DNA of 51,697 nt, taken from a virus. Its lineage: Duplodnaviria; Caudoviricetes. Below are positions 1 through 6,953 of the stretch, one piece after another. Both the position numbers and the translations under genes were made by a program. The notes beneath the pieces were generated by a model. It saw only the letters and a program-made list of their open reading frames with translations, was not told the origin of the DNA and searched no databases. The stretch is taken from IMG/VR virus record IMGVR_UViG_3300011336_000274, positions 1-51,697 of that record; one strand, 5' to 3'. Every line of letters begins with the position of its first letter. Positions within the stretch are counted from its first letter, which is position 1.

Positions 1-99
1 GCCTACATCGAGAACCAACCCGACGCGGGGCTGCTGGGCGAGCTGGTGGACGCCCAGCACGAGCTGGAGCAGGCTCTGGACGAGCTGGAGGCCAAATGA
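1..99 (+). CDS. 3' end of hypothetical protein (truncated by window edge)
   Basis: Open frame 1 (AYIENQPDAG...ELEAK) with high GC3, ending TGA overlapping the next ATG (ATGA). Confidence 0.7.
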   Translation, partial: AYIENQPDAGLLGELVDAQHELEQALDELEAK

Positions 100-332
100 G
101 CACCACCAGCACCAAACCAGCCGTCAAACGCGCAAAACAGGCCATTCCTGCCCCCGCAGAGCCGGTGGCGGAGTACCGCATGCCTGCAGAGGTCGCGGAC
201 TGGATTTCGCGCGCAGAAGCCCGGCTGACGTTCCTGACCACGAAGATGGAGGAGCTCAAGGCCGACAACGCGGCCCTGAAACGGGCCAACAAGGTCATGG
301 AGACCCGCGTCATGGGTCAAAGTCAGGAGTAA
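96..332 (+). CDS. hypothetical protein, coiled-coil C-terminus
   Basis: ORF with GGAG upstream, ATGA coupling, phage-like codon use. Confidence 0.75.
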   Translation: MSTTSTKPAVKRAKQAIPAPAEPVAEYRMPAEVADWISRAEARLTFLTTKMEELKADNAALKRANKVMETRVMGQSQE

Positions 333-336
333 GAAG

Positions 337-642
337 ATGACACATCAACCCACCCAGAAAGACCTGCAAAACATACATGAGCAGGCCGTCAACATCGAGG
401 ACATGATCAAAGAGCACGCGGATGGCGTGCGAAAAGAATTTGGCATGCAAGTAGCCATAAATGTTTTCTTGAACGCGGGCGTATCCACAATCGCGCTCGG
501 CCTGTCGTTGATAAAAGACGATGATGTTGAGCGATTGGCAGCCACGATACGGACGTTCATGGCCATCGGGGAGGCAACACAACGTGAGCTGACGGAGAAC
601 GAAGCCCACGAAATCATCAAAAAGGTCATGGAGAAAAAATAA
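337..642 (+). CDS. hypothetical protein
   Basis: ORF with AGGAG upstream, tightly packed in operon. Confidence 0.75.
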   Translation: MTHQPTQKDLQNIHEQAVNIEDMIKEHADGVRKEFGMQVAINVFLNAGVSTIALGLSLIKDDDVERLAATIRTFMAIGEATQRELTENEAHEIIKKVMEKK

Positions 643-896
643 TGTGAAAAGAACTGAGCCCCCTCGCCCGGCAACTGCTGGGCACCAACAACCACGTCCG
701 GTTTTTCACCCAGCAGGAGTTCGACGAGGCGCTGGCGCTGGCCAAGGCGGAGATGATGACCGTGGCCATCCAGACCACGAAGCACGCCATCGCCATAGAG
801 AACGAGGCCTGCGCGGAGCTGGCCGAGAACTGCGTGGACATTGAGAAGCTGGCCGACGTGATCCGGGCGCGCTGGAAGCGGCCCACGGTCCAGTAA
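642..896 (+). pseudogene. hypothetical protein gene with TGA at codon 2 (M*KELSPLARQLLG...PTVQ); pseudogene, sequencing error or recoded start
   Basis: TAATG-coupled ATG at 642 followed immediately by TGA, then 82 open codons with strong GC3 bias ending TAA 894-896. Confidence 0.55.
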
Positions 897-920
897 GGGT
901 AAACACCTAAAAAATAGTTG

Positions 921-957
921 GTCAAAATCAAACTTTTAGTTTGATTTCGACTATACT
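921..957 (+). promoter_or_regulatory. sigma70-type promoter with palindromic operator
   Basis: 14-bp-arm inverted repeat GTCAAAATCAAACT-ttt-AGTTTGATTTCGAC (one mismatch) abutting TATACT (952-957) in an AT-rich gap upstream of a gene cluster. Confidence 0.6.
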
Positions 958-992
958 AGAGGCTCTTCAACACACCCACACAGGAGATCACC

Positions 993-1172
993 ATGGACGA
1001 CATCACCATCAAGACCGAAGACGACATGCGCGTTAGCGTGGACTCGTGGAGCCCCAGCGCGATCTACTTGCACATCGCTGGCCACCAACAAGGCGCAGGC
1101 GCGGTCCTGACCCGTAGCGAAGCCCTGCAGGTCATCGCGGCCCTCAAGGACCAACTGGGGGCACTGGCATGA
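993..1172 (+). CDS. hypothetical protein (59 aa, MDDITIKTEDD...)
   Basis: AGGAG SD, ATG 993, ATGA overlap with next gene; below ORF-track cutoff. Confidence 0.75.
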   Translation: MDDITIKTEDDMRVSVDSWSPSAIYLHIAGHQQGAGAVLTRSEALQVIAALKDQLGALA

Positions 1173-1378
1173 GCTACGCACAATGGCACCAGACCTTTGT
1201 GCAGAAGGTCAGCGGCTACGACTGGCACACCTGCCGCCGGGCGCTGTTCGACTGCCACGACACCCTGAACATCTGGGGCGATAAGATCGCCACGGACTAC
1301 GCCACCAAGCTCTGGGCGGAGATCGACGCCCTGCGCGAACGCCAAGCCAAGCTCACCAAGCAGGGAGCTGCAGCATGA
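1169..1378 (+). CDS. hypothetical protein
   Basis: ATGA-coupled ORF, high GC3. Confidence 0.75.
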   Translation: MSYAQWHQTFVQKVSGYDWHTCRRALFDCHDTLNIWGDKIATDYATKLWAEIDALRERQAKLTKQGAAA

Positions 1379-1518
1379 GCCGCGAAGAGTACCTAGCCCG
1401 GCACGCGTGGCTCATGGACACCTACGGCTTCACCAGCCAAGAGGCCTTCGAGACCGCGTACTACGACATCGACCCCGAGACGTGGGTCGGCAGCGAGTGG
1501 GAAGAGGTGGCGGCATGA
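1375..1518 (+). CDS. hypothetical protein (47 aa, MSREEYLARHAW...)
   Basis: GGGAG SD, ATGA overlaps at both ends. Confidence 0.7.
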   Translation: MSREEYLARHAWLMDTYGFTSQEAFETAYYDIDPETWVGSEWEEVAA

Positions 1519-1667
1519 ACATCCAGACATCGTTCGTCTACCCGCCCATCCCCGTGCGGGACTTCGACTGGCAGGCCTACGTGGAGGGCTACGAGCCCGG
1601 CGACGCGCTGGGCCACGGCGCCACGGAGGCCGAGGCCGTTGCAGACTTGCTGGCGCAGTTACAGTAA
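1515..1667 (+). CDS. hypothetical protein (50 aa, MNIQTSFVYPPIPVRDFDW...)
   Basis: GAGGTGG SD, ATGA coupling; true start is internal to the tracked ORF 1407..1667. Confidence 0.7.
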   Translation: MNIQTSFVYPPIPVRDFDWQAYVEGYEPGDALGHGATEAEAVADLLAQLQ

Positions 1668-1669
1668 AC

Positions 1670-1707
1670 TCCGCTCCAACGCGCTGAGAGATGCGCTAAG
1701 GAGCGGA
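1670..1707 (+). promoter_or_regulatory. hairpin sequestering the terS ribosome-binding site, apical GCGC-TGAGAGAT-GCGC
   Basis: TCCGCTCC (1670-1677) pairs perfectly with GGAGCGGA (1700-1707), which contains the SD; inner 4-bp stem with 8-nt loop also seen at 14364 and 14386. Confidence 0.7.
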
Positions 1708-1709
1708 TT

Positions 1710-2192
1710 ATGGCAACAGGCAAGAAGATGGGCAGGCCCACGCAATACACCAACACCCTTGTGGACGAGATATGCGGGCGTCTGGCTTGCGGTGAGCCGA
1801 TGGCCAAAATAACGCAGTCTGCGCACATGCCGGACCCGGTGACGATATACCGTTGGCTGCGAGAGAAGCCGGACTTTTGTCAGCGCTACGTGGACGCGCG
1901 TAGAGATGGAGCCCATTGTTTGGCGGACCAGATACAAGACATTGTGGACACCGAGCCGCTGGCCGTGTTCGATGAGGCGGGCAACAAGCGCTACGACGCA
2001 GGCAGCATCGCGCACAACCGGCTGCGCATGGACGCACGCAAGTGGCTGGCCGCCAAGTACCTGCCCAAGGTCTATGGGGACAAGACCATCGTCTCCGGTG
2101 ACGACGAGGCCCCGCTGGCCGTCGAGGTGTCGTTCGACGTGTTCGGCGAAGTGCTGAAGAACCTTGCACTGACCCGCCAAGCCAGTGAGTAG
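1710..2192 (+). CDS. terS: terminase small subunit
   Basis: GRPTxY...ICxRLAxGE N-terminal HTH and RLxxDARKWLAAKYxPKVYGDK motif typical of Sf6/P22-like TerS; directly upstream of TerL. Confidence 0.9.
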   Translation: MATGKKMGRPTQYTNTLVDEICGRLACGEPMAKITQSAHMPDPVTIYRWLREKPDFCQRYVDARRDGAHCLADQIQDIVDTEPLAVFDEAGNKRYDAGSIAHNRLRMDARKWLAAKYLPKVYGDKTIVSGDDEAPLAVEVSFDVFGEVLKNLALTRQASE

Positions 2193-3603
2193 CGCAGCCG
2201 CCCTGCTGCAGGACCCCAAGGTTCGCGAGCAGTACGCCAAGCTCAAGCCCGAACAGCGCGCCGCCTTCGCATGGCGCGCCCGGTGGCTCATGGCCGCCCA
2301 CAAGCACCAGCTTGAGCCGCTGGCCAGCTTCTGGTCCATCTGGCTGATGTGCGCGGGCCGTGGTGCGGGCAAGACCCGCGCAGCCGCTGAGAATCTGGGC
2401 TGGTGGGCGTGGGAGCAGCCGGGCACCCGCTGGCTGGTCTCAGCCCCCACCAGCGCCGACCTGCGCGGCACGTGCTTCGAGGGCGACTCGGGCCTGCTGT
2501 CGGTGATCCCCAAGGAGCTGGTCTCAAAGTACAACAGCAGCCTGCACGAGCTCACGCTGATCAACGGCAGCCTGATCAAGGGCATCCCGGCCAGCGAGCC
2601 CGAGCGCTTCCGGGGGCCGCAGTTCCACGGTGGCTGGCTCGACGAGCTGGCGGCGTGGGAGTACCTGCAGGAGGCGTGGGACATGATCCAGTTCGGCATC
2701 CGGCTGGGCACGCACACAAAGCTGATCGCGTCCACCACGCCCAAGCCCAAGCCCGTGGTGATGGACCTGATCGCCCGCGAGGGCGACGACGTGTTCGTCA
2801 GCCGGGCCAGCACGTACAGCAACATCAAGAACCTCGCGCCGTCGTTCCAGAAGCAGATACTGCAGTACGAGGGCACCAAGCTGGGCAGGCAGGAAATTCA
2901 CGCCGAGATCATCGACCCCGAAGAGGGCGGCATCGTCAAGCGCGACTGGTTCAAGCTCTGGCCTGCGGGTAAACCCTTACCCAAGTTCGAGTTCGTGATC
3001 CAGTCGCTGGACTGCGCCACCAGCGAGAAGACGGTCAACGACCCCACGGCGCACATCACGCTGGGCGTCTACAAGCCCGAGGACGGCGGCATGTGCGCGC
3101 TGGTGGTGGACTGCTGGCAGGAGCACCTGCAGTACCCCGACCTGCGCCCCAAGGTGCTCGACGAGTACGAGGTCGTCTACGGCGAAGGCAAGAACAAGAA
3201 GCGCGTGGACCTGCTGCTGGTGGAGGACAAGAGCGCGGGCATCAGCCTGATCCAAGACCTGCGCCGCGCGGGCGTGCCGGTGATCCCGTACAACCCGGGC
3301 AAGGCCGACAAGGTCCAGCGGCTCTCCATCGTGGCCAACATCATCAAGGCCGGGCGGGTCTGGATACCCGAGTCCAGCAACCGCAAGGGCTACGTGCGCG
3401 ACTGGGCCGAGGGCATGGTCAGCCAGATATGCAGCTTCCCCGACGGCAGCGAGCACGACGACTTTGTTGACGCCATGAGCCAAGCCCTGCGATACTTGCG
3501 CGACGCTGGCTGGCTGACCATCGACTTCCCCAAGGAGTGGGTGGACGAGGACGACTACGCCGACGCCAACCCGCGCAAGGCCGAGAACCCCTACGCGGTA
3601 TAA
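2185..3603 (+). CDS. terL: terminase large subunit
   Basis: Walker A (AGRGAGKT), Walker B (GWLDE), RNase H-like nuclease residues (SLD, VEDK, HDDFVDA). Confidence 0.95.
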   Translation: MSSAAALLQDPKVREQYAKLKPEQRAAFAWRARWLMAAHKHQLEPLASFWSIWLMCAGRGAGKTRAAAENLGWWAWEQPGTRWLVSAPTSADLRGTCFEGDSGLLSVIPKELVSKYNSSLHELTLINGSLIKGIPASEPERFRGPQFHGGWLDELAAWEYLQEAWDMIQFGIRLGTHTKLIASTTPKPKPVVMDLIAREGDDVFVSRASTYSNIKNLAPSFQKQILQYEGTKLGRQEIHAEIIDPEEGGIVKRDWFKLWPAGKPLPKFEFVIQSLDCATSEKTVNDPTAHITLGVYKPEDGGMCALVVDCWQEHLQYPDLRPKVLDEYEVVYGEGKNKKRVDLLLVEDKSAGISLIQDLRRAGVPVIPYNPGKADKVQRLSIVANIIKAGRVWIPESSNRKGYVRDWAEGMVSQICSFPDGSEHDDFVDAMSQALRYLRDAGWLTIDFPKEWVDEDDYADANPRKAENPYAV

Positions 3604-3629
3604 AATGCAAGAAACCACCGGGACCTGTT

Positions 3630-5129
3630 ATGCCCAAACCTACCGAGGCGCAATATGACACAACACAAGAAGGGCCGTTCTACCGCGTCCGTCCACGCGC
3701 TGCTGCGCAAAGTGGAGCAAGAGCTACAGGCCTACGCGAAGAAGGTGGGCCCGGTGCCCAAGCTGCACCCGGATCATCACGAGGCGCAGTTCCGCAACCA
3801 CCTGAGGATGCGCAGGTCTATGACCTGATACGCAGCGGGCAGACGCCCGCGCACAGGGCGGCGCACGCCTACAGCCGCCAGATGTTCGGCAGGCCCTACG
3901 CGCCCATCCCCAACACCGAGAGCTCACTCAAGAAGCAGGCCCCCATCGGGCGCGTGTTCATGCTGGCCACCGAGGGCCACCCCGAGTACAAGCAGGCCGT
4001 CTACGACGCCTACAAGCGCCAGATGCCCGAGCACGTGGGCGACGCCCGCGACTACGACGAGCTGGTGGCCAAGGCCTACCAGCACCTGAACCACGAGACC
4101 AAGCAGCAGTTCGACACGCTGCCGGTGAACATGAGCTTCCACCGCAACGGTGAGGGCAACTACCGCAGCAGCAAGGAGATGCTGCGCGACATCCACGGCA
4201 ACGGCCACCTGTACGTGTTCCAAGGCGGCGAGCCGCACCTGTCCATGAACAACGTGGACCCGCAAACCGGGCTCAACGACACCGAGATGTTCCGGGCGGT
4301 CCACGACTTCTACGGCCACGCGCTGCATGCCAACGAGTTCGGGCCCAAGGGCGAAGAGAAGGCATGGGCGGCGCACTCGGGCATGTACAGCCCGCTGGCG
4401 CAGGCCGCCATGACCACCGAGACGCGGGGCCAGAACAGCGTGGTGAACTACACCCCGCTCAACGCCAAGATCAAGGGCCAAGTCCGCAAGCTCGACGAGG
4501 CCGCGTACCACGCCGCCCGCAAGGGCGACACCGCGCAGGCCGAGCGCTTCATCAACCTCAAGCAGCAGTTGCTCAGTGAGGGCTTTACCTACGGCCCGCA
4601 GGCCTCGATCCTGCTGCCGCCCGAGATGACCCGGGGCGACTACGCGGGCGGCATACCGCCGTACCTGCGTCACCTGATCAAGCCCGCCAACCCGGCCAGC
4701 GCCGAGCTGACGCACTTCAGCAACGAGCCCAACCTGACCGCCACCGACCCCAGCCGCTACGGCACGGGCATCAAGGGCGCGGAGGCCGAGCGCCTGACCA
4801 GCCCAGACGCCGTGCGCGACCGGACCTATTTCTACGCGGGCAACCCCGCGCGGGGCGAGCCCGGGCTGGGCGCGCACAAGTACCGTGCCCGGGCCAGCGA
4901 CCTGTACGACGTGGCCAGCGACCCGGGCGGGCTGCACGCGCTGGCCAAGGAGTACAACGTCACGCCGTTCACGGCCAAGGCCAACCAAGGCGTGGAGAAC
5001 CGCCAAGGCGCCTTCACCGACCTAGAGAGGCTGGCGAAGGAGCACGGCTACGGTGGCATACTCCAGCGCAACACCCAGATGCCGATGGCGGCAGTATTCG
5101 GCGCGCTGCCCGTGCGCAAAGCAACATAG
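3630..5129 (+). CDS. polyvalent effector-like protein: metallopeptidase-like (FRAVHDFYGH) domain plus C-terminal ADP-ribosyltransferase-like domain
   Basis: HDxxGH...E zincin-like motif; C-terminal LTHFS...DPSRYGTG...RTYFY...GYGG pattern resembling ART folds of phage polyvalent proteins; start uncertain. Confidence 0.6.
   Translation: MPKPTEAQYDTTQEGPFYRVRPRAAAQSGARATGLREEGGPGAQAAPGSSRGAVPQPPEDAQVYDLIRSGQTPAHRAAHAYSRQMFGRPYAPIPNTESSLKKQAPIGRVFMLATEGHPEYKQAVYDAYKRQMPEHVGDARDYDELVAKAYQHLNHETKQQFDTLPVNMSFHRNGEGNYRSSKEMLRDIHGNGHLYVFQGGEPHLSMNNVDPQTGLNDTEMFRAVHDFYGHALHANEFGPKGEEKAWAAHSGMYSPLAQAAMTTETRGQNSVVNYTPLNAKIKGQVRKLDEAAYHAARKGDTAQAERFINLKQQLLSEGFTYGPQASILLPPEMTRGDYAGGIPPYLRHLIKPANPASAELTHFSNEPNLTATDPSRYGTGIKGAEAERLTSPDAVRDRTYFYAGNPARGEPGLGAHKYRARASDLYDVASDPGGLHALAKEYNVTPFTAKANQGVENRQGAFTDLERLAKEHGYGGILQRNTQMPMAAVFGALPVRKAT
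3655..3828 (+). CDS. small overprinted ORF (57 aa, MTQHKKGRSTASVHALLRKVEQELQAYAKK...)
   Basis: GAGG SD upstream; in this interval the genome-typical high-GC3 codon bias is in this frame rather than the long frame. Confidence 0.5.
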   Translation: MTQHKKGRSTASVHALLRKVEQELQAYAKKVGPVPKLHPDHHEAQFRNHLRMRRSMT

Positions 5130-5138
5130 GACGGCATC

Positions 5139-6953
5139 ATGAGCGACTACAATCTACCGGACATTTACAAGCAAACCATGGGGCTGGCCAAGACCATGGT
5201 GGCCAACGATCCAAAAATGTCCATTGAAGACGCCATGGCAAAAGCAGGCAAGCACTTGGGAAAACAAGACAAGTGGGAAACAAAAACCAAACCGGGCTTA
5301 GAAAAAGTCTTTGGGGCATTAAAGCCGTCGACATTCAATCAGACTGCCGTTAATCGCTTGCGCAATACCCCGGAAGTGGTGGCACAGCGCAAACAACGCG
5401 CCAACGAGTTTCTTGACCAACCCACTGAGGCTTGGACACCACCTCGCACTGAGATACAAGCGTTTGACCGGACGCGGATCAAAGACGCGTTGGGCGGGTT
5501 TCCCGACGTAGAACAAACCAAGTTTCAGCGCGATGTGCCCCCGCGCGCCAGTCTCACGCATGTTCATTCAGTGTACGAAGACCCCGAGAATCGGGATTTG
5601 ATTAAGAAGCAGATTGCCCGGGGTCTGCCGCTAGGCGGCGAGACGTTCTACGCATCCCTGTACCCTGTCAAGCTGGCGGCCATGGAGGCGGGCATACCAC
5701 CGGAGAAGTTTGACGCGTGGATACACAGCATCGCCCCAGCGTCCGCTCGCAACTCTATTCTCAATGAAATGGCCGTGGGCCAAGCCATCCGAGACGCACA
5801 TGCCCGTGGGTCCGACTTATCGCCAGAAAGCCTAGCAAAAGTGCGTGCTGAGTACAAAGCAAAGTACGGCATTGGGTTGCCCATGATGCCGGTGCATGAG
5901 CAAGGGGTATCCAATGTTCTTCAGAACAATCTAAACCTGCGTGATTTGAGTCGAGCCAACATCCCAACAAACTACAAGATTCCTACCTATGGCACGCAAA
6001 AGGCAGGCGACTTCGCCAATTCATGGGTGGGCGACGTGCATGAAGCCACCGGCGAAACACTGGGTAGCGAATACCACCCATACTTCAAAACAGCGGGCGG
6101 GTTTAAGAACCCTGAGTATGGTGCGGCCGAAAACCACATGCTAGACATTGCCCGCGAGATGGGCATCCCCGGGGGCACCGCGCAGGCGGGGCGTTGGTTT
6201 GGTGGGGGCGAGTTGACCGGTTTGAAATCACCCCGGGGTGACGCGCTGGACCTGCTTGAAAAACAAGTGGCCTACACATTGCACCACCAAGGAATTGTGC
6301 CCACGCCTCAAGAAATACGGCGCTACACACTTCAAATGATAGGAACAGGCCAAGGGCATTTGCTGCCGTGGTTTAAAAAAGCGGGTATGCCTGACATGCG
6401 CGTGAAAAACAAAAAAGAAGGCGGTTTAATTGAAGGAGAAGAGCACCACGAGCCCAGCCACGACGAGATGCTGGCGCACATCATGCTCAAGGGCATGGCC
6501 AACCTGAAGGACGTCGGTGCCAACGAGGCGCCCAACCTGCGCATCAAGGCCTACGTGCCCCCCGCTGGCGGCCCCGGCCTGCCCGTCGGTGGCGTGGACT
6601 TCCAGCCCGAGGCGCAGGGCCAGCAGATGCTGCCGGGACAGCCGGGACAGCCTCCCGGACAACCGGGCCAGCCACCAGCGCCAGCCGGTGGCCTACCGCA
6701 GGCAGGCGGCCCACCCGGCGCGCCACCAGCGCCCCCAACGGGACAGAAACCCGGCGGCCCCCAGAGCAACATCCTGCAGATGACCCCACAGGGTCAAGCG
6801 CTGGCGGCCATGAAGCCCAACATGCCGCCCGGCATGCCGCCGCCCAAGATGGCTGGAGGCGGCAGCATTGAATACATGCGCCGCGCGCTGGCCCGCAAAG
6901 CAGCAGGCGGCACGGTCAAGGACTACATCCGCATCACGGAGCGCAAGCTATGA
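5139..6953 (+). CDS. effector-like virion-associated protein: HhH DNA-glycosylase-like domain plus Pro/Gly/Gln-rich tail with xxxGG motifs
   Basis: FY...APASARN...KIPTY...VGDVHE...Y..AE...IARExGI...AQAxxW pattern resembles HhH-GPD-like phage domains; low-complexity C-terminus. Confidence 0.55.
   Translation: MSDYNLPDIYKQTMGLAKTMVANDPKMSIEDAMAKAGKHLGKQDKWETKTKPGLEKVFGALKPSTFNQTAVNRLRNTPEVVAQRKQRANEFLDQPTEAWTPPRTEIQAFDRTRIKDALGGFPDVEQTKFQRDVPPRASLTHVHSVYEDPENRDLIKKQIARGLPLGGETFYASLYPVKLAAMEAGIPPEKFDAWIHSIAPASARNSILNEMAVGQAIRDAHARGSDLSPESLAKVRAEYKAKYGIGLPMMPVHEQGVSNVLQNNLNLRDLSRANIPTNYKIPTYGTQKAGDFANSWVGDVHEATGETLGSEYHPYFKTAGGFKNPEYGAAENHMLDIAREMGIPGGTAQAGRWFGGGELTGLKSPRGDALDLLEKQVAYTLHHQGIVPTPQEIRRYTLQMIGTGQGHLLPWFKKAGMPDMRVKNKKEGGLIEGEEHHEPSHDEMLAHIMLKGMANLKDVGANEAPNLRIKAYVPPAGGPGLPVGGVDFQPEAQGQQMLPGQPGQPPGQPGQPPAPAGGLPQAGGPPGAPPAPPTGQKPGGPQSNILQMTPQGQALAAMKPNMPPGMPPPKMAGGGSIEYMRRALARKAAGGTVKDYIRITERKL

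Noticed and set aside
642-647. Genome-wide stop-codon reassignment (TGA or TAG)
   Set aside because: All core genes are uninterrupted under code 11 and TGA ends many genes with ATGA coupling; the ATG TGA case is isolated
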